Source: Rhizodiscina lignyota
Lineage: Eukaryota
DNA: 64,000 nt
Reading direction: 5' to 3'
Assembly: GCA_010015805.1 (NCBI GenBank)
Contig: ML978123.1
Coordinates: 1,116,001 to 1,180,000 of the forward strand
Part shown: positions 34,018 through 46,932 of the stretch, in pieces
Layout: each line of letters opens with the position of its first letter
Numbering within the stretch: position 1 is the stretch's first letter
Translations under genes and position numbers: made by a program
The notes under the pieces: generated by a model
What the model saw: the letters and a program-made list of their open reading frames with translations, nothing else
Databases searched by the model: none
Told to the model about the DNA's origin: nothing

Positions 34018-37000
34018 GTCACCTCGGATACGCCTGCGCATCCGTCCAGCGACAATCCTCACCACAACAGAGGCTCAAGCCAGCAGTGCAGTCGGAACGC
34101 TCCATCCAAAGCCACGCGCCAGGGCGGCGCATTAGCGAGCGAGATCATCGCCAGCCTCTTCCCAATCCGCCAGAACTTCCACAAATCCACGGCGACGGCG
34201 AAGCGTTCCATTGCACCCGCATTCGCAGCGTACATAACTCGAGTGATCTGCCATGATCAGCCCGTCGAACGTTACAGTTCTCAGGCCACCCCGCCACGCC
34301 GCAATTGGCGAGCCCACATGGAAACCACGCGAGCTATGACAGGCTGGCCGCGCCTCCACGGCCACGCTCGTCATGTCACCCATGCCTGCGTTCCAGTTCC
34401 GGCGCCAGGAAGACGGCGAGGGCCTGCAGATCTGATCGACTGCTGCACGCGGCTGGTGGAGATCATCAATGCCTCCCAGGGTGCGGGCTGCTAGTAGAAG
34501 CGTATCGCACTCTTGCCCTCTCTGGCTCTGCTCGCTCGCCTGCACTGGACGATGAGAAGAGCAAGCGCGGATGACGGTCTGTATCGGACGGCCGGGCCAC
34601 CCGATAAGCGAGTTGTGGATGTGCCTGGTAAGATTTCCATCTCCCAGTACGGCGATCCTATTAATAATAAAGCACCACTCCACAGCAACACATCGCCTTA
34701 CGTTGCCGAGAAACGACACCTCATGACTTGACCAATTGCCAAATGCTGAGAGACGTACGTATTGTGGCTCATCTCTCGCATTATCGCATACCGCCGGACT
34801 GCGGTACGTTCTAGGGCTCGACAACCTCCCCTGTCGTTCGGCGGCAGCGCGTCTACGAGGGTCGGTTCGAGCATGGGACCATAAGCCATCCTTCACTTTC
34901 CTCCATGTAATTTGCTTGATTCGATCCTCTCACGCTGTCATGTGTTGCCTCGCCGACGGCGGCTTCAGGTATTCGACTAACAGCCAAATCCAGCACTATC
35001 TGCATGCCAATATCGGTCTTCTTGTCGCATGGCAATTTCCACAAGTACCATCATTTCCAGAGATTCGGTTTTGATTATGTCATCCGGCATCGAATTTCCT
35101 CTCTTCTCGGTCTGCCAAACCTAATTTCTGTGTTTACCTTCTCAAACGCCCATCCTGTGACGGGGAGGGCAATTTGCACGTCCCAAATTACCTCTTTGGC
35201 GCCAGCATGGGTCGTATAATGACAGCAAACATGAGATGAAACAAATCTCGCCTAACTGGACGAACCCCACACCTCATCTCAAACGACTCCCGACACAAAT
35301 AAAAGAGCTCCAGGAACATTTCTGCAGCGTGCCGTGCGAAATGACTCGAACGCAGCACATGTCATACTTCGTCTATCCCCTCGTGCCGGTTGCTCAAACG
35401 CTCCTGTACAACCGCCCAGATAAGAATACCCTTAATGGTTGAAGTATATTGAGGCGGAGAGGTCCCAACTGCCGGGAGATACAGCAGCACGCCCAGGAAG
35501 CGCGGCTTTGCGAAAGCGAAGAGCCATGTCTTCCTGGCTCACACCGCTCGACTTCGACCTCTCGGAGAAAATTATTTCAAAGCATTCGCTCCAATACAGT
35601 AGCTTCCGTGCCACAGTGCCGGCGGCGACAATGGATAAGCTTGTTATGCATATGCTTACAAGGCCAGCTTGGCTGCAGAGAGACCCTACTCGACGTCAAA
35701 ATGGTGTGACACCGCCATAAACAAGCAGATTGCCACAGGATGCCTGGATAACCCACCGGATGATGACGTTCACGAGCAGAAGAGAGGTCGACTCGGAGTT
35801 TTCCTTGCTTGAAACAATCCATGTCAAACCCCATGATGCTCGCCCGACGGGGGTTCGCAGACTGGGGTATTGGAAGAATTATCCCGCGACCCTGTCGATT
35901 GTTGGAGCAGAACAAGGGACCTCTCGGTCGCGACGCAAACGCCCTGGCACATCAGGGGGCCGGAAATGACGTACCTTTTCTCTGCCGGAGACCCCGTCCG
36001 TGTTAACCGTTCGCAATCGCCTCGAAGCAGTGTGAGCACAAGCTCAGGCTGGGTCGATGCTGGACCATCACGTCAAATCGAGCGTTGACGCCTTTGCGGA
36101 TATTCCCGCTTTGCTTGTCGACGTTACACAAGTAAACATCAGAGCCTGCCACTGTCCAGGTTTTTCGCAGCAACAACGCTCAACAGATCTGGCAGCTGCG
36201 GAGCTCCTTCTCCTCTTGTCCTGAGGATTGATGCACCGACCACCAACAGTCATCCTGCAATCAGCTCTGTTCACAATTCACAAAGTGTCACACGAGAAAC
36301 ATTTCCGGCCTGGCATCGTGATTATTTGGCGCCATAAATATCCCAAGGCACGCACCAGGGCAAGCAAGCACCGGCTAGTCATGCCGTCTGTAATTCCTCA
36401 GTTGCACGGTCTGCAAGTCATCCTGTCAAACAGCGTGCGTCCTGGCGTCTTACGATGTTGTGCATTGCGGAGTGACCAAGTGCGCTGTGACCCGACCTGA
36501 CCAATCTCCGTGGTCCAGAACAGCGAGTGCTCCAGACAAGGACAAGCCTTTATCAACGTCCAGTTTCATTTAGATAAATCTCCGAAGTGTATTAAGTATA
36601 CTCTCTCTCGCATCACTTCCCTCTAATTGCTTCAATTGAACGTGGAACAACATCTGCAGCTCGATATGTCAAGTGTCCGCGTCTCAAATTACGCTCCTCG
36701 AAAGTAAACAACTGCGACATCAGTAGTCTATCGTTGCGCCTTGAACACCATAATCTTTGCTAAGATGTCGATATGAATAGAAAGCGAGAACTCGATGTCT
36801 TCGCAAATCGCAGCCTGCAGGTGAGCAGCACTAGGACTCGTTATGGGATACTCGTACGAGAGCATCGTCGAAACGGAGTCAGTCTCCTATTCAGGAAGTC
36901 TTGAAGTGTCCTACATCTGTCGCATGCCCAATAAAACAGGGAACACAGACGCACAAGTCTTGGAACCGTTCCACTTCCTAATCAATTACAATTATCAATT

Positions 37001-37126
37001 ACGGGTATTATCTATATGTGTTATCTTCTCCAGCTCAGATGTCCGAGATATAATCCTCTACTAAGATGTACCAAAAAAAGCAAATACTGATATTAGAGTT
37101 TTGTCTTTCCGCTTCAAGCTCCCGTC

Positions 37127-39256
37127 TCAAGCGCTCTTGCCAGCCTTCTTCCTCTTCACTCTGTACTCGGCGCGGGAAACTTTCATCAGCAGGTCCTCGT
37201 CGCGGATCGGGATCCAGCTCGTAAGCACCTTCATCGCATTCTCAAAGTCCGCGTCGAGCAGCAAGATCTCGCGCATGCCATCTATCAGCGCCGCCGACAC
37301 GGCGTGCAAGACGTCCAGGTCCACGTCGCCCAGCAGCATGAAGACGTCCCAGACGCGCAGCTGCGCGGGGAACGGGATGCTGTAGTTGAACAGCGTGAGG
37401 TACCAGCGCGTCGCGTACGTCATTGATATTATGCCCAGCTCCTTCAGCTTCCGTGCCACCTCGCCGTCGACAAGCCAGTCCTTCTCGAAGGCTTCGAGCG
37501 TCTCCATTAGGCCCTCGAAACCATTGGAATAGATGTGCCCCATTCCTCTCAGGCGCCAGAGGCGCGTCATCATCACGAACGTCTTTTCTTCGTCGTAGTA
37601 GCACAGCAGTGTCGCGGCGATGGCAGCCATGCCTTGAACGTAGCCGGGATCTGGTAAGTAGAGGGACATTGCGTGCAGCACTCTGAAGAGCGCTCTTTGT
37701 CCTCCTCGGTACCGTCGACGGAACATGATGTGGCTGTTAATAGTCCTGGGCATATCTACGTCGATTTGCACATCATCGGCGCTGCTCTTTTCTTGAGCAT
37801 CATGGAAGGCTTCGATAAGCTCTTCCTCGCTCTCGCCGCCAGGATTGCCTGTCCCAGCCTTCTTGGCGCTGTTCGCAAGGAAAGCCCACCATGCGGTCGC
37901 CCTCCACCGATCCGGGATGCCCTTCCATGTTCGACTGATCAGCTTCCCATTCCGCGTGTCGAAATCGAACACCATTCCTCCGCCGTGAGCGTCTCTCTTG
38001 GCAACTTTACCCATCTTGCGCCACTTCTCTTCTCTTTCCCACTCTTTCTTCTTCAGCGCCAGCTGCAGTTCCGCATTCTCATTCTCTTGGTCTGGTATTG
38101 TCTGCTCTAGTCCTGGTGGGGCGGTGAGCATGTCACCTGCCTCTTCCATCCAGCGACGCTGGCGATTGTGCGGCAGACGGTTTGAGACGTATCGAAGACG
38201 TGATGTTGTAGCCGTGGTAGTCGTACTGCCGCTAGCAGAGGAGTAGACAGATGCCCTCTGCGCTGTAGACTGTCTTGACCCTCTTCGTCTATGCGTCGAC
38301 TTTGTAGCATTGGATACAGCACGACGAATCGTGCGCTGGCGTCGGGGCGAATCTGCTGCAAGTTGGAGCGACGTCGTGACGCGGTGCATACCAGAATCCG
38401 CATTTTGTGGCGGTACATTGGAGTGACCCGAAGAACCACGAGACGCGACCTTTTTGATGAATCCATAACGGTCCACCTCCTCGCCTTCGACGTCCTGCCA
38501 ATCCTCCATGCCACCAGCCGCTTCTCTGGGCTCCCTCTGTATGAAACTTATGCGCCTCGCGTCGGATCGTCCCATCGTACTGGCTACTGATGCGGGATAC
38601 GCTCTAGACGGCTGCGCATCCGCGTTTTGCTTCTCTTCCGCTCTTTGTCTAGGGATTGCCAAATCGCTTGCTGAAACATTCGCCGAATCCTGCTGCTCTC
38701 CCTCGCCATCCACCCCCTCCTCCTCTTCCAGAATCGATACCCAGTCCGCCGCACTCTCATCGCCATGCTCATACATCGATCTCACGCGCTTGGAAAGCAT
38801 GTCCTCATCCGTAGAAAGCGTGCGAGCGCCTGCGCTCAGCGCCGTCAACCGCGCCGATTGTGCCGCAGGCCGTGGCCGTGGCGTTCTCTCTCCCAGCGAG
38901 CGGAACGATGGGGCATGGCGCACCTTGCCGTTTGCACGGCTGCCGCCGAGGAGCATGCTCCCGCGCTTTGAGAACTCGACATTCTCGGGATCGAAGAGGT
39001 TGTCCAGGCTGCCGGTGGGGATGTTAGTGGTGATTGGTTCGAAGGGCTTCGGCGCTTCGTTCTGAGCGTCATCGGACACTACAATCTCTGGCACAGTGGA
39101 CGGGCTTTCGGGCCGCGGAACGGTGCTGGACATGGCGGCTTTGGACGTGGTAGTTGGCGGTGAGTCTTGGACGGCAGAGTCATGGCGATTGTCGCGCTCC
39201 TTTACCTGGTCTAGGGCTGCGACGCGCGGTGGAGTGGTGGCAGCGCTCTCGCTCAT
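37127..39256 (-). CDS. Rab GTPase-activating protein with C-terminal TBC domain, intronless
   Basis: VDRYGF, WKGIPDRWRATAW, arginine finger QIDVDMPRT, glutamine finger GYVQGMA, and YATRWYLTLF...LRVWD. First ATG at 39256. Confidence 0.93.
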   Translation of the reverse strand: MSESAATTPPRVAALDQVKERDNRHDSAVQDSPPTTTSKAAMSSTVPRPESPSTVPEIVVSDDAQNEAPKPFEPITTNIPTGSLDNLFDPENVEFSKRGSMLLGGSRANGKVRHAPSFRSLGERTPRPRPAAQSARLTALSAGARTLSTDEDMLSKRVRSMYEHGDESAADWVSILEEEEGVDGEGEQQDSANVSASDLAIPRQRAEEKQNADAQPSRAYPASVASTMGRSDARRISFIQREPREAAGGMEDWQDVEGEEVDRYGFIKKVASRGSSGHSNVPPQNADSGMHRVTTSLQLAADSPRRQRTIRRAVSNATKSTHRRRGSRQSTAQRASVYSSASGSTTTTATTSRLRYVSNRLPHNRQRRWMEEAGDMLTAPPGLEQTIPDQENENAELQLALKKKEWEREEKWRKMGKVAKRDAHGGGMVFDFDTRNGKLISRTWKGIPDRWRATAWWAFLANSAKKAGTGNPGGESEEELIEAFHDAQEKSSADDVQIDVDMPRTINSHIMFRRRYRGGQRALFRVLHAMSLYLPDPGYVQGMAAIAATLLCYYDEEKTFVMMTRLWRLRGMGHIYSNGFEGLMETLEAFEKDWLVDGEVARKLKELGIISMTYATRWYLTLFNYSIPFPAQLRVWDVFMLLGDVDLDVLHAVSAALIDGMREILLLDADFENAMKVLTSWIPIRDEDLLMKVSRAEYRVKRKKAGKSA

Positions 39257-39782
39257 CGCGCATTTCCGCGCGCGCCTTTGTTTGTCGTGTGCTTGTCGCG
39301 GCAGCAGAGGCGCGACTTTAAAGGGGAGAGATACGGGAGCTTGCGTTGAGCTAAGGTAAAGGGCCGTAGCCGTTAAAGGGTCCACTCTGTGCCAAGTTTT
39401 TGAGGGGGGGTTCGCGCTAAGGCAAGCCTCATGAAGATCAGATCAGATCGGGCAGTTCACACAACAAAGGAGAGCAGACGAGTAGCATTATTGACTGTAT
39501 GTTTTAGGAGCAATAAAGCCAAACGGAGTCGCTATCAGGCTTGCAGGATATGCTCAATCAGCCCGAACGCCGCGAATACTATGGACAACGCGCAATTAAA
39601 TAGGTATATACTGCGAAGAAATCCCGGGCCATTAGTCCGCTAAAGGGTGACAACCCGACCAGAATAACACCTCCTAGCAATCCGAGAACCGTCCTGATTG
39701 CACGGTATGGAATATCGGACCTCTGCTATACCAATCTGTGCTCATGTTTTATCCCTTCTGTCCTCCGCGGCCAAGTCGTCTT

Positions 39783-40667
39783 CTAAAAGCCGAGCTTCTG
39801 CTTCTTAATTCTCGGAAGGACACCGGCCAACACCAGGATAGAGCACACGATGACGGCCCAAAGCTGGATCCCGAGGAATGTCTTGCTGTAGAATGTCTGC
39901 GTGGCAGCACAGACAGTCGCAAGGCCAATCGTCAGGACAACGTATCCGCTCATCCGATGGTATTTCCAGATAGCCTTCGCGTTATCCACACCTCCGTAGA
40001 TCTGAGGCACAAAGTACATTGTAAAGCCGACAGTCGCTTGTACGAGGAGGAACACGTAGGTTATGATGCCGAGGATCGCGTGGGGAGACTCGAAGTGGAT
40101 CCCGCCATGGCCAAATTTGTTGATTTCGATAATCACAAGTCCCGCAATTAAGCAGGATAGGGCGAGGTCGTTTAGGATAAGGTGAGCGTATGTGCCGCGC
40201 TTCTTTTGTTCGGCAGTATGCGTGGGCTGTAGGATGAGGAGGCCTTGAGTAAGGAGGAGCAAACCGGCTGAGTTGAGGAGCTGTGCAGTGGTCAGTATGG
40301 GCATAAAGTGTAGGAAGAGACTTCGGCTAGCTTACTGGATGCGCCGAGAAGAAGATAACATCATGGGAGAACACTGCTCCCCAAACGACGGCGGCCAGCT
40401 ATTGGAGAGTTAACATGAATTCGATGGTGGAGCCGAGGAGGCAGCAGCTCACAATCCAAACTCCAGCTTGCGCGACGACAGCGGTACCTTCGCACAAAGT
40501 TAGCAAGCAAGAATTCTAGAGCTGGATCCAGAGCGTAGCGTACCAAGAATCAGATTATATGGTAATGGCTTCCCCTCCTGCTGGCTCGCATCCCCAGCTC
40601 GACCGAGCAGGGGCTCCTCCTCTCCCATACCAGGGACATTCTCCGGGATGCCTGTCGCGGAAGCCAT
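39783..40667 (-). CDS. Eukaryotic cytochrome b561 domain membrane protein, 3 introns
   Basis: Spliced MASATGIPEN...EEEPLLG...FFSAHPLLNSAG. Four heme-ligand-type His (AHP, YAHL, SPHAILG, KYHRMSGY) lie in TM helices. Confidence 0.88.
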
Positions 40668-41115
40668 TGGAGCTGAAGGAATGCCTCAAAAACAATTACA
40701 CAATAGGACCGTGTGTACTAAGGTCTAACAAGTTATCAGATTGCAGTAGGCAGAATATAGAGAAGGTGGGGAGGGAGGAGGTGCATTTCAAAGCTTCGGG
40801 CGGATGATCGGTGAGCGCGAGCTCCGCCAGCTCGATGATGCTATTGATTTGTTCCATCCAATCAGGTTGCCGTGCTTACACCACCACGAAACATCCAGCC
40901 GCAGATTCGCAGGGTTTACATTCAATTCCAATAATCACATTAACTTACTTCTCATAAAGATCTTCGCTCACAATTTGTGGGGAAGGATTTTTACCTTATT
41001 TGGTTCATCAGGAAAGGAGATTAGAGCCCCTGTTCATATACATTCAACCTTTTCGGCCTTGATGATACACAATGCCATGCCAACGCCAACCCAATGCTCC
41101 CCCATTACAAACCGC

Positions 41116-44100
41116 TCAAGAAATATCGAAGAGAGGCTTCAACTTTCTGATCAGATTCCACTCGTCGTTGCTAACCTCGCTCCTGTAGAATTCCTTCAGG
41201 GTATCGATGCTTTGCCGCGAGATTTCGCTGTACAGCGTGTCCTTCTCTTCCAGATGGCGGCCGTACAGGGGCTGATTTGGACCATCGATCTTGACGGCGA
41301 CGCTGGGTTGTCCTTTCTTGCAGACTTGGATCTGCTTATGGTCGCGCTCGATTGATGATCTGGAGAAAACTAGTTAGCGATCACGGTGCTTTTGGAAGAT
41401 GAGCTGTGCACTTACACTCTGCCAAGATGTATGATTTCCTTCTTCCCACCCTCACCCGTCTTGACAGCTGCAATTGGTGTCAGAAGCTTCAGCTGCCCTT
41501 CAACGACATCCACTCCCACAACAATAGGATCCTTCTTGTTGAATACGGCCACCGGCCTCAGCACGCACGGGAAGACGGCGTGCATCTTGCTCTCCTCCTT
41601 CCTCGCCGCCGCCAGGTCATCCATGTGCTTCGTGAACGCGTCGAAGAGATGGTAGATAATGTCTGCTGTAAAGATTTTGACGCCAACATCCTGAGCATAC
41701 GCAGCGGCCTCTTTGTCGACACGAACATCGAAACAGAGCATGACAGCATACTCTTTGGCCTTTTCGAGCATAATGCCAGCTTGCATGACATCGCGCTTGT
41801 AGACTGGCCCAATAGAGATGTTCGCGACCGGGATTTTCATCTGCTTCAAGAACTCGAGCAGCGCTTCGAGGGAGCCAAGAGTAGAAGCTTGCACGCTGAC
41901 ACCGCGTCCAGTCTTAGAAATACGACTAAGCAGGTTCTCGAGATCAGACATGACCTCTTCTTCAAGATCTTCTTCGTCGTCATCCTTGCCCACGACCAGC
42001 AGTCGAGAGCCTGCGATGGCACTGTCAAGACCATCCGCAGCAATCTTCACACCCACTGCAGCCTTGACATCCTTATTGTGCACATACGCGGATTTGACGC
42101 GCAGCTCTTTCATCTCTGCGGGGGTCAGCAGTGCTCTTATATTTGTCGATATTGCACCGTTCAAGCCACATAGCACTATTCGATCGCCCTCGTGAAGAAC
42201 GCCGTTCGATAGGATGACATCTATCGTCGTACCGAGGCCTTCTATGACTTTAACTTCGAGCACTGTCGCCTCGACCTCGGTGAGATACATTAGCGCATTC
42301 GTCATTCGCTCCTGAGTCAACTGTACGAGCAACTTGATCATGTCAGGAATACCTTCACCGGTGTGTGCTGATGTTGGCACGAGCGACACATTCCTTGCCA
42401 TGCTCTTATTCTCGTAGTATAGCTCAGAGTTGAAACCTTGCTCGGCAAAAGCCACCTTGGTCTCCTGAAGACGCCTTTCGAATTCATTTTGTGTGCCTTT
42501 GGCTTGCATGGCGAGCGACTCTCGGAAGCCGTTGTTGTCGATCTTCTTCCAGTTGTATAGCCTGTCGATCTTGTTAAGAGCGACAATGAACGGCGTCTTT
42601 CTATCTCTCAACAACCGCATTGATTCAAGAGTTTGCGGTTCGAGACCATGCATAATGTCGACAACGAGAATGGCAATGTTACAGAGCGAGGAACCGCGAG
42701 AACGTAGGTTGGTGAAAGACTCGTGACCAGGGGTATCAATGACAAGAAGACCTGGAACATTAAACTTAAAGCTGCCATCCTGGTTGACCACGGCGGTTTT
42801 CTTTTCGAGAGCTTCGACCGGGAAGTATGTAGCACCGATTTGTTGCGTGATACCTCCAGCCTCCCCTTCTTGGACGTTTGTCTGGCGGATCTTGTCCAGT
42901 AATTTGGTCTTACCAGTATCTACGTGTCCAAGAATACAGCAGATAGGTGAACGGAGGTTGTCTGTGGAGCGAGCGGCCAGGGCCTCTTCATGCTGCCTCT
43001 TTCTTCGTTCAGCTGCGTCGGCCTTGCGCTTCGCTTCTGCTCGTTGCGCTGCTGTCACTTCTTCATCGCTGGATTCTTCCTCGGAGTCTTCCTCAGATTC
43101 GTCCTCCGAATCGCTTTCCGCTTTCGCATGAGCCTTCCCATTTGTAGTGGGCTTTGTGGCTGTTCCATTGGCCGCTGTATTCTTACCAGGCTTTCCGTTG
43201 GCTGCTGGTTTCCCTTCGCCCTCTGATGGAGCATCCCAGCTGTCCTTAACGCCATCCTCTGCATCCACTTGGGCCTCCCAGTCCTCTAGCTCATCGTCTT
43301 CCTCTGCCTTCTTCGCCTCAGCTTCGGCCTTTGCCTTCTCTTCCTCCTCCTTAGCTTTGGCAGCCTGTTCCTCTGCTATTCTCATCTCTTCCATCTTCTT
43401 ACGAGTTTCCTCTTGCGCCTTTGCCTCTTCCTCGGCCTTTATCTCCTCCGCGGACTTCTTCGCGGGCTTCTTTTTCTTGTCGTAGACAATCTTCTTGGGC
43501 TTCTGTGGCTCACTATCACCCTCTCCTTCCAAACCAGCGACCTTGCCACCTCCAGCTTCAATCATTTGCTGTAGCCGCAGCTTCTGTCTAGCTTCCGCCT
43601 CTCGCTGTGCCTTCGTTTTGAACGTCCCTGCTTTCTTCTGCTCCTCAATCTTGGCCTTTTCCTTCGCTTTCTTAGCAGCTTTTTGCTCTTCCTTCCGCTT
43701 AGCGTCTTCTGCTTCTCGACGTTCCTCTTCCTCAGCGCGAGCTTTCTCCTCGGCAGCACGCTTCTCTTCCTCCTCCTGCTGTCGGCGTAACTCTTCTTGT
43801 CGCTTCTGCAGGGCAGCTAGAGCGGGATTGAGCTTCTTCTTCTTGCCGCCTGCAGCAGATTCAGGAGCGAGAGCGGCTTCAGGCTTTGCCTCGACTTTTT
43901 CTTTAGCGGGTTCTGGTTTTGCAGGTTGTGCAGGCGCGGTAGTCTTCTTTTTGGCAGCCTATATTGAAGGTGATCGTCAGCGTCTACTGTACCGAGTTCT
44001 AAGCTAAGTATATAGAAATAAATGATGAACATACCTGCTCCCTCTTCCGTTGCTTCTCTCGTTCCCTTTTCTCCTTTTCCTTCTCCTTTTTAGTCTTCAT

Positions 44101-44562
44101 TTTGCCTCCAGCGCCCTCGTCCTCGTCATCATCATCGTCCGCTGGTGGTGGTGGTGCAGGCTCCTCCTCCGCCTTCTTCTGCTGCGCCCCCTTACCACCT
44201 TTGCCTTTCTTCGCAGGAGCAGCAAAGACATCTTCATCGTCCATGTTTGCCTCCTCCGGTGCCTTCGCCGCGAGGTCCTCTTCAGGCGGCTTGTCTGCCT
44301 CCGCGTCTCCATTCAGGCCAGGCGGGTCTTCTCCCTCGACGAAGTCTTCAACTACTTTGCCCTTCTTCTGCTTGTTCTTCCGGTTCTTCTTAAGCGCCGC
44401 AAGAAGTCCGCCGCCTCCTTGGCCGTCCTCCTCTGGGTCGGCGGTCGCCTCTTCATCTTTTGCGGCTTGGGTTGCGGCGGCGATGGGATCGGGGGTCTCC
44501 CCAAGGCCATCATCCCAATCATCATTGGCAGCCTTCTTGCCACCCTTCTTCTTGGGACCCAT
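41116..44562 (-). CDS. FUN12: Eukaryotic translation initiation factor 5B (IF2 homologue), 2 introns
   Basis: [38 protein letters not shown] and NKID. Lys/Glu-rich N-terminus. The last exon ends KLKPLFDIS*. Confidence 0.98.
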
Positions 44563-45055
44563 TTTGTTGGATGGTGTTTGTGACTTTTCGTAAGATTGAA
44601 GTGCTCAATGTGGGGGTATCTCGTAGGTGGGGTGGGTGGTCTAGGAGATGGGCGATCTCGTGTGTGGTTTTTGTCAAGGAGGGACAGGTGTATTAATAGT
44701 CCCTCCGTGGCAAAGTTATGGCGCTAGAGGATTTTGATAGAGTTGTGCGAACTTTTGTGAGGCGTTGATGTGTGAAATGGACAAAGGCGGGGCAAATCTT
44801 CGGAACGGGAGTCGGGCAAAGGACAAACGTTGGGGGAGTGTTCAAAATTTAAGCAGGGTGGAGTCATGACTTTTTCTATTGCTGTTCAAGCCATTGCCTG
44901 AATACATATGTACTCAATTCCTCTTATTTATTCCATCTTTACTTGCTAAAGTGCGCTGAAATGGCTGCACTGTGATTCATGACGTCGAATCTCCACCCTC
45001 CATGTGACTGCGTCCTCAGTCTTCCTTCACACACCTCGACCCATCCTCGAGTTCA

Positions 45056-46932
45056 TCAATGAGCAAAACGGAAGTCAAGTCTACTTCAAGTCTCAGTAAT
45101 GTCTTGCTGAGCTTGGGTCTATTGGATCGCATCTTACCTCTTATTGCCTTTATCTTTCGTTGTGCTGAGATAGTGCTCCTTTTCTTCCTTCGACATGGAG
45201 TTCCAGATCCTTTCACGATGCCTTATGTCTTGTCAGTATCAGTCTGCTAAAACCCTTTCGATGTACTCTTGCCTATTTATGAGCACGTAAAATATCTTCG
45301 CTCCAATGAAAAGTGCAATGTTGTAAACGCAGAGGCCAATCAGGACCTTATTGCCAGTACGATACAAGGGTTTGTCATCATTGCGGTATATCTTTGGGAC
45401 GGATTGTCAGCTGCGCGGAATGACTTTTTCTGAATGATATCTTACATTGGATGCGATGATATTCGAGGCTTGCACGGTCATGTTGTACAGTGCGGAGGCC
45501 ACCGTCCTTGTTCGCACCGTGCCAGCGTTTCGACTCGTTATCGCAACAAGAATCGCGTGGACATATGGAGCTCCGACCAGCAGTGTGGAAAGGACCCACT
45601 TGACCCAGGCTGAGGCTGTACCTGGTAGGACTTCAAGTGTAATGAGAAGAGGCAGAGCCCAGAGCTGGCTCGACAACCCGACCAGGAATCGCTCTTTGAC
45701 CTTTTCTGATAGCCATGTCCAGAACAGAAGCTGGATTATGAAGATGACGTATCTATATTATGTCAGTATCCTAGACTCCGTGAGTTCTTCAATTGATCAT
45801 ACGATGGAATGGTTAACAGATTAGTTGTGAATGTACTGAACCCGACAGCCTTCAGCTGCAACGTCAGATACTGCGTCATGGGGTTATTCGGAATTAACCA
45901 AGTCAACCCGAGGAGATATATCGGCCACATATGCCAGTCGCACAAACATAACCACAACGCCTTGGGGGTCAAGCCTTGCCGATTATGCATATCCCCTTTA
46001 GAAGGATCGTCTCGAAGGATGCGATTAGCCATAATCTTCTCTTCACGCTCACTGAACCAGCCATTCTTCCCTCGCAACCGACTGGCAGTCTGGTATGGAG
46101 ATGGAGGTAGGTAGAAATAGGATACGATTCCAATCAAACCGGTGAGGAGGCCTTCCAGGGCGAAGAGCCACCGCCAACCTGCCATACCGTGGAAACCCCG
46201 GAGCCTTAAAATTCCATACGCAAGGAACGCGGATATGATCGATGTCGATTCGTACGCCACCCAGAAGAAGCTCAATCGTCTTGGAAGCTCCGAGCCCGTG
46301 TAATAATAGCTCAGATACAAGATATTATCCGGAATAAAGCCGCCCTCGATCAGTCCAAGCAGGGCTCTGCATGCCCAAAAGCTGCTTCGTCCGCTCAGGA
46401 AAGCTTGACAGGATGCCACGAGAGACCAAGACACCATCTGAATCGGAATCCATCTGTCTGGCCCGACCTTCTTGCTGATGAGCTGGGACGGCAGCTCCGC
46501 AAAGAGGAATGTGAGATAGAATATGGTCTGGCCGGTGTTGTAGTCATTGGTGTTCATGTTTAAATCGTCGAGGAGGTTGTCGGAAAGAGCCTGGGTAATA
46601 TTTCCACGATCGAGCTGTAACGCAAAGAACATGAGGCAAACCCAAGTACAAATACGCAGGTCGATCTAAATGATTATAAGAGATTGGCTGACTGAGAAGG
46701 CTTGAAGTGGCTGCAATACCTTGCGCACGATGCGCCGCTCCTCTTTCGGTTCCCATTCAAAATCAGGGTCCCAGCGATGTAGACCTTCATAAGTGTCTAT
46801 GGGCCGGTAAAATTCCGCCTGATTCAAGCCAGAGTGCGCGAACGCTCTCGAATCATCGTATGGCGCAGATGCTACATCAGGCTGTTCGTGCACAGTATTG
46901 TCTACCTCCTTGGAAAAGAGGCCGGATGCCAT
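45056..46932 (-). CDS. MFS transporter of the anion:cation symporter (Dal5/allantoate permease-like) family, probably sulfonate uptake; 5 introns
   Basis: EERRIVRK|IDLR, LQLDRGNI, ELPSQLISKKVGPDRWIP, GLIEGGFIP, GWRWLFALEG and C-terminal LDFRFAH*. Divergent from a TauD gene. Confidence 0.92.

Noticed and set aside
33856..34494. 212-aa ORF with a poly-His run
   Set aside because: The His tract is the (CAT)9 microsatellite; the ORF has a GTG start and no other protein-like features.
35439..35720. WLTPLDF resembling the pre-NACHT motif of fungal NLRs
   Set aside because: No following GTGxW or P-loop was seen; likely chance.
39257..39385. Possible GTG-initiated 43-aa extension of the TBC protein
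   Set aside because: Short, no targeting feature, and an out-of-frame ATG lies within it, unlike the BAG case.
42990..44696. Several long plus-strand ORFs
   Set aside because: Antisense shadows of the low-complexity Lys/Glu-rich eIF5B N-terminus.
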